64,000 nucleotides of DNA. Source: Leucoraja erinacea. Taxonomy: Eukaryota. The stretch covers positions 48,050,001-48,114,000 of the forward strand of contig NC_073384.1 in NCBI RefSeq assembly GCF_028641065.1, in the 5' to 3' direction. Shown here piece after piece: positions 49,221 through 62,700 of the stretch (the first letter of the stretch is position 1; each line of letters opens with the position of its first letter). A program made the position numbers and the translations under genes. Below the pieces are notes generated by a model, which saw only the letters and a program-made list of their open reading frames with translations, was not told the origin of the DNA and did no database searches.

Positions 49221-49487
49221 AAAATCTACAGTTAATGTTTCAGGTCCCCCCTCTGCTACCTAACTTGTTTCTTTCCCAGTTTCTGCTGAATGTTCCAGAC
49301 CTAAAACATTAATTGTTTCTCCACAGATGCCGCATGGCGGGCTGACTATTGACATGGTTTTATTTTTCACTCTATTATGATACCTTTTCATAGCTCTTAT
49401 TCAGTTTACTCTGACGTTTCGTCAAAAGGATGTTGAAAAAGCAGTGTGAGAGAACAAAGTGCTATTGAGGCAGAAAGTGCTGCAGTA

Positions 49488-50335
49488 CACTTCGGAGGAG
49501 GCGCTGTCCTGAACGGCTGCCTGTCCTGCAGCTGTCCGTTTTTTTCCCCTTCTTTTTTGTTATTTTTAGTTCGTTAAGTGTACAGTCAGGGGGTCTAATC
49601 TTTTTATGTGTGGGGGGTGGTGGGGGGGAGGGGGAAACTGCTTTTCCAAGTCCCTACCTGGTCGGAGGGGTTGCCTTCCTCCGAGCAGCGTCTTCGACCT
49701 GTCCTCGCGGCCTACCAGCGGGTCCTGGAGCGACGTTTTCCTGAGGGGCCTGCCCAGAACATCGGCTTTGGTGGCGGCGCAGAACATCGGCTTTGGCGGT
49801 GGCGCGGCGCTGGAGCGCTGTCGTGGAGCGGGCGATGCCTTTCCTGGGTCGCCGCGCTGGGACTCCAGTATGCTGGGACTGCCGAAAACATCATCGGTGA
49901 GCCGCGGTTCTGCGGAGCGGCCAGCTGCGACGCTGAACTTTACATCCCGGAGCCTGGGATCTCTCGCCGAGATCGCTAGTGTGTGGAGCTCCGTCCGGCG
50001 CGGTCAGGTTGGCTTGGAAGCCGCGGGCTCCGTTGGGAAGGCGGCCGTTCCTGGCACCTCAAGCCGCTGGGGATTCTCCCGACGCCGGAGTACCATCACC
50101 CGGCGAGAACATCGGGCGCCGTGGCGGCGACTGTGGAGGCCTCAATAGGCCCGACTTTGGGTGGACAAGAGGATGGGGACTGAACTTTGTGCCTTCCCCC
50201 ACAGTGGGAATCACTGTGGGGGGATGTTTTATGTTTGGTGTTGAATTTCTTCATGAATACTTTGTTGTATTTTTTATTAGTGTGCTGCAAGGACATCAGA
50301 ATTTCCCCTTGGGGATTAATAAAGTTTATTCAATT
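49488..50335 (+). mobile_element. GC-rich non-autonomous retroelement, apparently full length
   Basis: TSD CAGTA (49483-49487, 50336-50340); starts CACTTCGG; ends GAATTTCCCCTTGGGGATTAATAAAGTT(ATTCA)n, a Rex/Babar-type tail. Confidence 0.7.
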
Positions 50336-52237
50336 CAGTAACTCAGAGGGTCAGGCAGTATCTCTGGAGAACCTTTCGTATAGGTGATGTTTTTGATTAG
50401 ACTAAAGAAAGGTCCCGCCATCTATCCATGTTCTCCAGAGATGCTGCCTGACCTGCTGAGTTACTCCTACTTTGTTGGGTTTTTTTGTACACCAGCATCC
50501 GCAGTTCCTTTTATCTCCATTGAGGTGGAATCGGGTTTTGGCCATGGACGATGTAGCTGAGGGCTAGACTAGAGGAGAAAGGTGAGGTTAAGTGTGTAGA
50601 AAGGAAGTGCAGATGCTGGTACATACCTAAGATAGGCTCAAAGCGCTGGAGTCTATCAGTGCCTGGAGTGCAGGCAACATCTCTGGAGAAAAAGGATGAA
50701 TGATGTTTCAGGCTGGGACCCATCTTCAGACTCAAGAAGTCTCAAGACGTCTGAAGAAGGGTCCAGACCCAAGGTGAGGTTGAAGATGGATCCTTGAGTG
50801 GCTCCAAGTGACAGTTTACCTCCCAAAGATTGTGATTTCAGCAAATAAATCTGTCTGGAAATGTTTGAAGAGAAATTAGTAGAAATTTTGGAGGAAACAA
50901 ATTATCAGTTAGTGATTGCAGGGACAGGATCAAGCTCTGTATATAAGAAGAAGGATCGATGATAAAAGGGGAAATAAACACATTTGCAGAGCATCTTAAC
51001 CCTGACTTCTGATTGTCAGATTGTTTAACTGGTCGTGAAGCCTTTATATTGAACCATTGTTTATAATGTGTGGGAAATGCTTCAATCAATGTGCACAAAA
51101 CAAGCTTGTACAAAGATGGTGATAATGGACAGATAATTTGTTTTAATTATGTCAAGTGGTGAGAAATATGGACCACAATAAAATACAATATAACACTTAA
51201 CTTCTTTGCTCTTCCACAATGCTTTGAAAAGGAGGTAAATTGTATGATGTGACATTTAAATATATGATAGTGCCTTTTAAAAGGGCAATAGTTGTGTTGA
51301 AGTGGCTTTTAAATAGGCATGTAGTTATGCAGGAAATGGAGAAGAATGGATCATGTGCAGGAAGATCAGTTTATCCTAGCATCTTGTTCATCAAACAAAT
51401 TTTGGGCCAAGGGCCTATTCCTACTCTATACTGTCCTATATTCTATTATTAGGAATAGCTAACAACATCTACTTGCAAACAGGCCAATAAATGAAGAAAC
51501 TGATGAGAATAATTTAAGAAATGTAAAAGCTGTTGAAATAGATTTAGATAATTAAAGAAAGCTAATTATTGAAAAAAAAATCATTTTATTTAACTATCTT
51601 ATAACTAAGTTAATTGATAAACATTAAAACATGGAATAAAATGGAGAGGAAAATACTTTCATTTATCTTTTCCATCTAGGTTGGCAACTCCATTCAAATC
51701 TCAGTTGCAGTTTGCGTTTGTTGAATATATTATGCTTGATTTTCCATGTTGTCAAGATATGAATACGTCAAATTTCATAAGCAGATCCCCCCCCCCCCCC
51801 CTTAGCTAAGCTCAGTTACTCTGTGTTACTCTGTGCTGAGCCCAGTTTTGGAGCAAGAAGACTAATGCATTAGGTTCTAGTGCTCCAGCACGATCTAGTG
51901 TGCCACACAGCAATATCCAAGAAAATAATGGTTGTAAAGAAGACCTTGTCAATGTTCTTCTGAACCAGGTAATTAAGTTTCAGCCCATTACACCAGATGG
52001 TGGTGCAACTCTATCCAAAAGGGAGACTGCTGGTCAACATATCATTCTGTTTGCAGCTTGATGCGCTGTAACTGCAAGTAACCTGCAGGTTCATTAATTG
52101 AGTCTGAAGAAGGGTTCCAACCAAAAACATTTCCTATGCTTTAACTCCAGAGATGCTGCCTGAACCGCTGAGGTACACCAGCATTTTGTGTCTATCATTG
52201 GTTTGTTAATCAAAATCTATTTGGTTTTCCAAATTAA

Positions 52238-53770
52238 CATAGAAACGTAGAAAATAGGTGCAGGAGTAGGCTATTCGGCCCTTCGAGCCTGCACTGCCAT
52301 TCAATATGATCATGGCTGATCATCCAACTCAGTATCCCGTACCTGCCTTCTCTCCATACCCCCTCTTTAATAACTGACTGGCATTTTCCCCACTACCGAT
52401 GTTAGACTAACTGGCCTGTAATTCCCCGTTTTCTCTCTCCCTCCCTTTTTAAAGGGTTACATTAGCTACCCTCCAATCCTCAGGAACTACTCTAGAATCT
52501 AAAGAGTTTTGAAAAATTATCACTAATGCATCCACTATTTCTGGGGCTACTTCCTTAAATACTCTGGGATGCAGCCTATCTGGCCCTGGGGATTTATTGG
52601 CCTTTAATTCATTCAATTTACCTAACACCACTTCCCGGTTAACCTGGATTTCACTCAGTTCCTCCATCTCATTTGACCCCCGGTCCCCTGCTATTTCCAG
52701 CAGATTATTTATGTCTTCCTTAGTGAAGACAGAACCAAAGTAGTTATTCAATTGGTTTTCCATGTCCTTATTCCCCATGATCAATTCGCATGTTTCTGAC
52801 TGCAAGGGACCTACTTTTGTTTTAACTAATCTTTTTCTCTTCACATATCTATAAAAACTTTTGCAGTCAGTTTTTATGTTCCCTGCCAGTTTTCTTTCAT
52901 AATCTATTTTCCCTTTCGTAATTAATCCCCTTGTCCTCCTCTGCTGGACTGAATTTCACCCAGTCCTCTGGTAGGCTGCTTTTTCTGGCTAATTTGTATG
53001 CTTCATCTTTTGTTTTGATATCATCCCTGATTTCCCTTGTTATCCACGGATGCACTACCTTCCCTGATTTATTATTTTGCCAAACTGGGATGAACAATTG
53101 TTGTAGTTCCTCCATGCAGTCTTTAAATGTCTTCAATTGCATATCCACCGTCAACCCTTTAAGAATCAATTGCCAGCTTATCTTGGCCAACTCGCGTCTC
53201 ATGCCCTCAAAGTTACCTTTCTTTAAGTTCAGAACCCTTGTTTCTGAATTAACTATGTCACTCTCCATCCTAATGAAGAACTCGACCATATTATGGTCAC
53301 TCTTGCCCAAGGGGCCACTCACAACAAGACTGCTAACTAACCCTTCCTCATTACTCAATACCCAGTCTAGAATAGCCTGTTCTCTAGTTGGTTCCACTAC
53401 ATGTTGGTTTAGAAAACTATCCTGCATACATTCCAAGAAATCCTCTTCCTCAGCACCCCTGCTAATTTGATTCACCCAATCTATATGTAGATTGAAGTAA
53501 CCCATTATAACTGTTTTACCTTTGTTGCACGCATTTCTAATTTCCTGTTTAAGTACATCCCCCAACTCTTACTACTGTTAGGTGGCCTGTACACAACTCC
53601 CACTAGCGTTTTCTGCCCCTTTGTGTTTTGCAGCTCTACCCATGTCAATTCCACATCCTCCAAGCTAATGTTCTTCCTTTATATTGCTTTAATCTCCTCT
53701 CTTACCAGCAACGCTACCCCACCTCCTTTTCCTTTCTGTCTATCCCTCCTGAATATTGAATATCCCTCCA
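52238..53770 (-). mobile_element. CR1 LINE: endonuclease/tether region joined to the 3' tail (internal deletion)
   Basis: ORFs 52897-53565 (G.FN..IDW, PTR..AILDW, LGKSDHN) and 52449-52844 (KSPGPD, PEDWRVANVT); tail at 52238-52365. Confidence 0.9.
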
Positions 53771-56654
53771 TACTCCATACAGACGGCACCCACAGTCAGG
53801 ATCGAACTTGGATCAATGCCGCTATAAGGCAGCACTCCACCACTGAGCCACCGTGCTGCCCACAAGGTGTAACTATTGGTAAAATTATTTTGAGAACAGG
53901 ATAGAAAGAAGGCAGTCAGAAAAAAGGGTCTCGACCCGAAAAGTCACCCATTCCTTCTCTCCGGAGATGCTGCCTGTCCCGCTGTTACTCCAGCATTTTG
54001 TGTCTATCTTCCGCAATAATTCATGAATGCGTAGGTCCTAAAATTTCACCTTCATTCAGCCAGATCATTGCTGATCCTGTCTGGATCATTTTCTTGCCTT
54101 ATTCCCGTGGCCTCTGCTTTCCTTGATACTGGAAATCATCAGTTTCAGCCAAGAATATTTTCAATATTGGAGCATCCACAGGAATCTGGAACAGGGAATG
54201 CCAAAGATTTATAACTCTGAGTACAGGAATGGAATTAGAATTTTTTAAATGAGAAAGTTGCAAATGAAATTTGTAATTTGTGTATTTGGTTAAATATCTG
54301 TAGCATTTGCTCCTGATTTCCCGTCATTCATCGCAATTCCAGACTCGGGGGAAATTTCCTTACAGCAAAAACACAAAATGCTGGAGTAACTCTGGAGAGC
54401 ATCCAGGCAGCATCTCTGGAGAGAAGGAATGATTTGAGTCGAGGCCCTTCTTCAGACTTTCAGCATCTTCCCTGTCAATCTTTCTCAGAATTGTCACATT
54501 CATCTGAACACCAGTAGGCCAATCTTGCTTAATTTCAGCTCGTAAGACAAACCATTTATTTCAGGAATCATTCCATGTTTCCTCAGTCAGGTGAATAATT
54601 TCATTAAAAATATTAAGTTTTCTATTCTTTCCTTGATTTATTCCTCACACCTTATCAATGCTGGCTATCAAGTACCTTCATGACATAGGAGCAGAATTGG
54701 GCCATTTGGCCCATTGAGTCTACTCCAACATTCACTCATGGCTGAGCTATCTTTCCCTCTTAACCCCATTCTCCTGCATTCTCCCCATGGCCTTTGACAC
54801 CATTGCTAATCAGGAACCTGTCGATCATCTCCACCTTAAAAATACACAATGACGACCTCCCCAGCCGTCCGTGCCAATGAAATCCACACATTCACCGCCC
54901 TCTGGCTAAAGAAATTACTCCTCATCTACTTTCTAAAGGTGTATCTCAAAACTAACCTCATCTTGCAGCACTTTGCCCTGGCCTTCTATGTAATGGCATT
55001 TACAATACTCATCCAAATAGTCCTTAAATGTTATCAGGGTATGTGCCTTTTTCAACCCTTTAGGATGACTTGCCAAGGAATTTGATGACTGGCAATTGGA
55101 GTAATGTCGTTCCTTTAACTGGAAAGATTGCCATCCAAATGATTCGGCAATCATTTCCAGTTTGGAATTTTCCATGAATTGGCTATTCGATAACGTTAAT
55201 TTTACCCACAATTATAGTTTTCCTATGTTTATTGGAAAGGTAATGACCTGGCATATTTTCAATTATCTTTGAATTAATTTTAAGGATAGCAGAATAAGGT
55301 TGTAGTTATAGAGATACACTGAACTACAGATGTGGGAATCTTGAGCAAAACACAAAGTGTGGAATAACTCAGTGGGTCAGGCAACATCTGGGGAGGGAAT
55401 GGACAGGCGACATTTTGGGTGGGATCTCTTCAAGGTTGCAATTAAGTTTTTCTGATTCAATACCATGGCAAAGTGTAAAGGAAATGTGCGGGATAAGTTT
55501 TTTTTTTAACACAGAGGATGGTGAGTACATAGAACGCTCTACCAGAAGTGGTAGTGCAGGAGGACATGATGGTGGCATTTAAGAAACTTTTGGAAAGGCA
55601 TATTGATTTGCAGGGAATGGAGGGACGTGGGTTATGTACAACCCAATAAAAGTTGGTCTTGGCCTCATGTTTGGCACGCACATTGTGGGCCAAAGGGCCT
55701 GTTCCTGTGTTGTACAGTTCTATGGTCTACCCATTTTAGAAAATCCTATTTTTTAAAAAAACAGTTAATATGAAAATAGATTTGGTTTGATGTATGTGTG
55801 AATTTGAGTTTATAAACATTCCTACCAATCATTCATCGATAACTTAATGGTCCTGCTTTGGTTAAATTTGAACTATTTTTCAGTTTTTTCATCAGTGGAT
55901 TTTCAGTATTTTATTGCTTCAGATTTTAATCCCCTTTTAGATTATTTTTCTGTTTATGTATTGTGAGTAAACAGATTTATTTTCAAGATTTCGGATTAAA
56001 ATAGAAAAGCAAAGAAATGAAATGTTTACTATCATTTGGGCAATTTGCAGTGGTAATCTTTTAATGTTAAGCATTCCCTTTGATCCCTTTTTTTTGTTAA
56101 GTATAGTATTGCCAACTGAAGAGTGACCAGTTTATGGATGAATGGACCCTTTAGATCATTGGTAGGCATCCCCTAATCGGTGCAGTCTGTGGGCTTGCTG
56201 AGTGCCACAAACATTTCAGCAAGCTTGTATCAAAATACAAAATCTTCCTGCTAAATGCCCATTTCTTCCCTCAAAAAACATGCACAGAAATTGGGGTAAT
56301 AATTGTAGTCAAAAGCATTCTTTTGCACCATTCGCATGCTGTTATTATGTTGTAGTTTTCTGCTTGAAAGTTTCCCCTTTTTACAACTTCCCGATTACAA
56401 CTGTGCAGCTTGGGGAGTTATTCTCAGCATCAAAGGAACTGTTTTCCAGCAGTGAGTTGGGGGAAACAGAAAATGAAAATTGACAACCCTATCTTTGGTT
56501 GCTACATTTTATTAAAAAAACAACAGCTGCATGGCCATTGGAAATCCCATTAGTTAACTTGCAGTAAGAACTTTGTACATTGTTGTTAGAAACCATTTCA
56601 AAAATGACAATGAAAACTATCCACAGGTCTACCAATGTTTCTCAAACAACTGGT

Positions 56655-56904
56655 GGTCCCCAAGATCTGGACAAAATCCCCCCCCCCCCCCCCCCCCCTT
56701 CCGCGCCACTTCCGCGCCAATCGGTGGGTTGAATTTGCCCCCTGAGGCCAGGGCTCTGGAACTCCGGCCCAGCCAGAGCCGGCACATTAGGTTTTTGCCA
56801 ATTTTGTTTGGCCCACAAAGGCTGTGATCTCGGTTGGTCTGGCAAAACAAATAATCCAGAAAGGATCTGGAACCAAGGGTGCTGGAAAATCGGTGGTGGA
56901 TCTG
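56655..56904 (-). mobile_element. Second copy of the 30092 DNA element
   Basis: GGAACCAAGGGTGCTGGAAAATCGGTGGTGGATCTG is the reverse complement of the 30092 start. Confidence 0.55.
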
Positions 56905-57511
56905 TGCGGACTTTATCAAGGTTGAAAATCATAAATGAATTAATGGAAATTTAAATAAACTCTCGAAATTTGACGTTCTATAGACGCAGATTTCTTTTTG
57001 TGTAAACAAAAATGTCTGCAAAATATTATTATCCTAAATTATGTTTTTACAACGCATGAAGTCTTGTTCTGATATTTTGAATTTACTCACACGGTATAGA
57101 ATTTGGTTAGTTTGATCAGTCAAAATATTTTGTTTGACTGTTCCCACTTTTAATCTAAACTCAAAAAGATGCAGCCTGTAAAATGTTAAATTGAAATGTG
57201 AACAAAAATAAAAAATAGTATGTAAATTTCATCAGTAGTTGTTAAGATACTGTTGAGTCATAGTTCTTGTTATAGTGTCTGGAGACCTCGGTCTGAAATG
57301 ACATTTTTAGGTTTCCTGCATCTGGCTAGTCTTGGGAAAACACATTGATAAGACTGTCCGCATTTATTCTTTATTAGTGTGGTGAGTTAGATATCATTTC
57401 CACAGAAAAGAATAGGATCATGGAGAACTGGACCTTCAATAGTGCTCAACAGCTCTTGTCATCAATATGACACGGTGAGGAGGAAATATTTAATAGGAAC
57501 CTTATTAAAGG

Positions 57512-57700
57512 ATCAGCTGCCGGAGGAGGTTGTTGAGGCAGGTGCTATCGCGATGCTTAAGAAACATTTGGACAAGTACATGGATAGGATAGGTTTAGAG
57601 GGATATGGCCAAACGCAGGCAGGTGGGACTAGTGTAGATAGGACATGTTGGCCGGTGTGGGCAAGTTGGGCTGAAGGGCCTATTTCCACGCTGTATGACT
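57512..57700 (+). mobile_element. CR1 3' tail fragment
   Basis: LPEEVVEAG...KKHLDKYMDR.GLEGYG, then GGGCCTATTTCCACGCTGTATGAC. Confidence 0.8.
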
Positions 57701-58902
57701 GTGTGCTGGAGGATTATCTTAGCTCTAGAGATCGTGCAGTGATGTTAATCACGAGATGAGCACAAAAATCCACTTTTCCTCCCTGAAAGTAAGTGAAGGA
57801 AACAAAAAAATATATGTCTCGAACTTTGTTAAATATTGCCTGAGGTGAAAGGAGTGTGCTCGTCGGTTGGATACATGGAACTGCAGATGCTGGTTTATAC
57901 AAAATTACACACCTAAAACATTCTTTGTTTGAACGTATATTTGGTGTACTTTGCCACCCAATGCATATGCAACAGGATCACAAAGAATAATATCGGTGGA
58001 ATGAAATTAGACGCTATGCCCAACAGCACTAGTCATTTCCAAAATTGGAACAAAACAGATGGGCCAATACAGCAAACTATTATAAAAAACATTAAATAAT
58101 TGAAGTTTTGACTGCAAAGGGGATGGAGATATATACAAGAAACTGCAGATGCAATTTACAAAAAAAATACAAAGTGCTGGAATAACTCAGCGGGTCAGGC
58201 ACCATCCCTGGAGAACATGGATAGGTGATGTTTTGTGTTGGGACCATTTTCAGACTCTGTGGTCATAGGTTGGTTGGATGCAATTCTGTATTATCTAGAA
58301 CCAGTATTATAAACACAATCAATATTTTTGGCCTGGTCTCATTTTAGGCGAGTGGAAGCAAAAGTTGTTGCAGTGTTCAAGAATCAGTTTCATCATTTAG
58401 CCCATTCTATTGACGTCTGTTTTTGTCAGAACAATCCAAAATCACCCCATTGATTGCATTCCACATAAATCTTCTCTGTTGGACCACAGTTTCTATTTCC
58501 ATTTGTCAAACTAGATCACTTTATTTAATTCACATTAATTTCTTTAACCCTTTTCTACAATACAATATAACTCTATTGCCATTAAACTGTCAGAATAATT
58601 CTGCTTGATTTTTGGATAAATCTACCCGCAAATGTGTGCGGTATTTTTAAAGTGAAGGTAGATTATTAGGAAGCACTTTTTTAGTGAAGCTTTGAGTGTT
58701 GGAAATATTTACAAATTTAAAACCATTACCACATCAATATAAAAGTTTCAAATTGAGTGAACGAATTCAGTCATTTTGTCGCTGTAAACTTTCAGTGTAC
58801 ATGTGGTCAGCTGAGGCAACAATAAACTCGGAAGGAAGGGGCTCGGGTGATTGAAACTAGATGTGCATCCAAAGGAGAATGATGAGTTGGCATCATTCTA
58901 AA

Positions 58903-60750
58903 CACAGTGGTGCAGAGTTGCTACCTCACAGCGCCCGACCCGGGTTCGATCCTGACTGTGGGTGCTGTCTGTGTGGAGTTTGCACATTCTCTCTGTGATT
59001 GCGTTGTTTTTCTCCTGCTTTTACGGATTCCCCCCTACATTCCAAGGACATACAGGTTTGTTGGTTATTTGGCCTCTGTATATTGCCCCTAGTGTGTAGG
59101 ATGCAAAACTGGGATCACACAGAATCAGTGAGTAGCAACGTTACTACATTTTGAGATTTTAAAAATCAAATCTGCAATTTATCCCATAAGATGAAGCATA
59201 AAAAGAAGTTTAATTTTACACCTAATTCACTTTCATATCTTCAGTATTAAAATGTTATGGCCATTTTCATACTCGGAAATTAACATCTTGTTCCCTATTG
59301 CTTTTTTCCATTGACTTAACACAAAAGCTTTGATCGAGGACAGTCAAAAGCCCATAACTTTCTTAAAAATTAAGGGAACTGAATGAAATATTCACTTTTT
59401 ATAGATTGAAGCATTCTGAAACAACTATAAAACATCTTACTTGGATGACCTGAAATTAAAGCATATAATTAGTTGATTAACTAATTGTAGTTAATTACAA
59501 AATTGACCGTTGTGACGGAAATAGTAATAAACACCCAGACTGCCTTGAAAATTCAAAAATGTGATATTCTCAAGATCAGAACTTTAATATTATTGTATTA
59601 TATGCTGTAAGTCTGTAACAGATAGGTAAATAAATTACAATTTCTAGCAATAGACCAAGTCTTTATGGAGAAGATCAGTTGCTAGCTGGTACATTGGCAT
59701 ATCATAATCAGTAGCATCATCATACTCCTCAGATTGTAACCAATAAGCAACTCTGTACACCTTGTTTTTCCTCAACTTTTCAATTTTGGCATTGTAAACT
59801 ACAAGTTTTTGCTCTTCAAACCACGCATGACATGCCTTTCTGCCCACTACTTTCCCATTAAGAATGCCCTGTAGATTCCATTTCTTAAGAAAAGGATATA
59901 TTTTTTAAATAGCCTAAGTATCCAAATAACAAACTAACCCCATTTACACAAGAATTTACAATATAACATGATTTTTAAATCTCACTGTCATGAATTTACA
60001 TGCCAGATGGAAGGAATTTAAAATTAATTCCCAAAAATTAATCTAGAAACATCCACGCAATATAATGAAAATTTTTTTTTTTTTGCACAATGCATGGGAC
60101 TAAAACTGATATTTAGTATAAAAAGGGACTATGGGTAGACAATAACACCAAATATAGACTATTTAGATGCTCTTAAGACATGATTGTCCAAAAAAAACAT
60201 TTAAATCATCTTGCGAGTAGGTTTTTCTGGAACGCGATTGATTGGAACGTTGCATTTGCAGTGAATTTGAACTCCAAATTGGCAGGAAAAACACTGCCGG
60301 TTCATATGGGGCCCAATTTACATTTTCGCAATGTAAAATCAGAGTAAAGCCATCCCAAGATGCAAGTTTATATGTAAAATAAATAACTTACACTTTGTTT
60401 TGTCCTGTTCTTGCGATCCGTCACGTTGTAGGCCTTGAGGGCGTTAGAAGTCGTTTTTTATTTTAATCTAATTATTAAATTGTCTCGCGCTTTAAAATAA
60501 AAAAAATCGGGAACAGAAGTCGGATCGATTATTCTTCGGCAGCTAGGGAAATCCGCCTCCGACAGGCAGGAGAAAACGGCATTTTAATCCTGCCCCCAGC
60601 CCCCTCAAAGGCACACGGCCAGTGGCAGAACTGCAGCGCTGCTGAAGGTAAGTTTTGTAACATCTCTACAGTGAGTGGATGATTGTTGGTCGGCTTAGAC
60701 TTGGTGGGCCGAAGGGCATGTTTCAATGCTGTATCTCCAAACTTAACTTG
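58903..60750 (+). mobile_element. HE1-type SINE split by a DNA transposon (SINE parts 58903-59132 and 60669-60750)
   Basis: SINE head and V-domain on the left; GGTGGGCCGAAGGGC...GCTGTATCTC tail on the right. Confidence 0.78.
59133..60668 (-). mobile_element. Non-autonomous TIR DNA transposon with a coding remnant
   Basis: Imperfect TIRs TAGCAACGTTAC / GTAACATCTCTA; duplicated CAGTGAG on both sides; minus ORF 59644-59847. Confidence 0.72.
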
Positions 60751-62432
60751 AAAAAACATTGATTCACTTTAGATCTCAATCCATGAAGATAATTTTCTTT
60801 ACAATAACTGTTAACAACTGCCACTTTCATTTCACTGCGCATCTCGTATGTGTATGTGACGAATAAACTTGACTTGACTTGACATTGAATGTTATTTGAT
60901 TTTTATCAATACCGTACAAATAGCCTGGGAGTTATTATCATCTTAATGCACCAACACAAAATTATACATCATCTCAACAATAGAGCAATGCGATCACAAG
61001 AAATCACACCATTAAACAAAACTTTCCATCTTCCTCAAGCATCTGTGATCAGCTTGTAAATTCATCAAGGTTCAGAATTAAATATTCCAGGATATTTTGA
61101 GAAATGTTAAGGAGAAAGGAGGAAAGAGTCCTGATGCCCAAAGGCCAGCCAGTTGCTGGTGGACAGAAATCTTTAGATTTGTGAAGAGGAAGAGTGAATA
61201 TTTTGTGCTTTTCATTCTTGCTGTCTCCAGCAACACTGGCTGACCAGCTGGGCATTCCCCATTGCTCTGCATTTCACAGCTTTTTACGTGTTCCTTTAAG
61301 GTGTTTTTCTAAAATCCTCCACTCTCCCTTCTCATGGCCTCCCCCCTCCCCCCTCCATCTCTCAGCCTTTCTCCAACTTCCCTCATTAACCTATCAACCA
61401 GATGGCTTCTGCAGCAACTTATCACTGTGACAACCCTGACCTCATTTTCTAGACAGATACCCTTTGCCTTATCCATCCACACATCCTTAACCCTCTCTCC
61501 AACTATTATAGACTATGCTGTTCGATGGTGGGTGGCATAGATAAAGAGGAGAAAAAGGAAGAATTAAATATAAACAATGCACTGTTTGTACGATGAAGTT
61601 CAATGATGTGAACTTCTAATTCTGATTGCTATGAAGAAGATTATGGACCAAAGCCATGTTTTACTGACTGCAGCGTGTAATCTGGAGTACCCTTCCCATG
61701 ATTGGCAGGTGTTTTTGCACTCTAGGCGGTGTGACATCTTTAGAATGTTTCATCTATATTCTCCAGCAATTGTATCATATTCTAAGCCACGTTTTGAAAA
61801 ACGAGCAGGGCATTTTCCCTGTATTCTGATGTATGTAAAAACATTGATTTTTTAATTGGTTGCTTATTAGAATTTTATATGCAGATAGATTGGATATTGT
61901 TTGAAGCATGTGCCGTTTTTTCAAAGAGAATGCATTGGTTGCAATTCTCTGGGAAATTATGGTCACCATGTGTTTCGGCTGACGATTAGATTTGTCCTTT
62001 ACGCCCCCATGTGCAAACAGATGAGATTAACTAATATAGATTGATGTTTCCAGATGGGTAATTTTTGTTTCCCACCGCAGTCGTATAATTACTGTTTTGG
62101 AAGCAGACTCGCCTTCTCCTCCGGGAACATTCCTTACCCATGCCTAGACATGTGGATTTCTACATTTAGAGGTTTGGGACAAGATATGCATCACCTTCCT
62201 TGGATTATATTCTTACTAAAGCTGAGATGGGCAGGTTAGGGGCATTTCTTGCACCTCTTCATTGGGGAACAAATGCTGCAATACTGTGATCCCTCCACAT
62301 GCTCTGCACAGTAATAGAGATGCAGTGGGAAAATGGCCCCCTTTTCGCCCATCAAACGTGCCAGCCATCAACCACCCATTTACAATAATCCTACATTAAT
62401 CCCTTTTTTATTCTTCCCACATTTTCATGAAC

Positions 62433-62700
62433 TCGGCGGCACAGTGATGCTGCTGGTGGAGCTGGTGCCTCACAGTGATGCTGCTGGTGGAGCTGTAGCT
62501 CACAGTGCCAGAGGTCCGGGTTTGATCCTGACCTCGCGTGCTGACTGTGCCGAGTTTGCGCATTCTCCCTGTGACCGCGTCCATTTTTTCCGAGATGTTC
62601 TGGTTTCCTCCCACATCGCAAAGGCGTGCGGGTTTGGAAGTTAATTGGCCTCAATAAATTGAGCCTATTCTGTGAAGGGAGTAGTTGAGAAAGTGGAATA
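62433..62700 (+). mobile_element. HE1-type SINE with tandem duplication in the head
   Basis: CACAGTGATGCTGCTGGTGGAGCTG repeated; V-domain present. Confidence 0.75.

Noticed and set aside
51680-51800. Possible next THADA exon after a good acceptor (ttccatctag)
   Set aside because: Translation does not resemble the expected MTGREFF-type exon, and there is no donor before the poly-C run.
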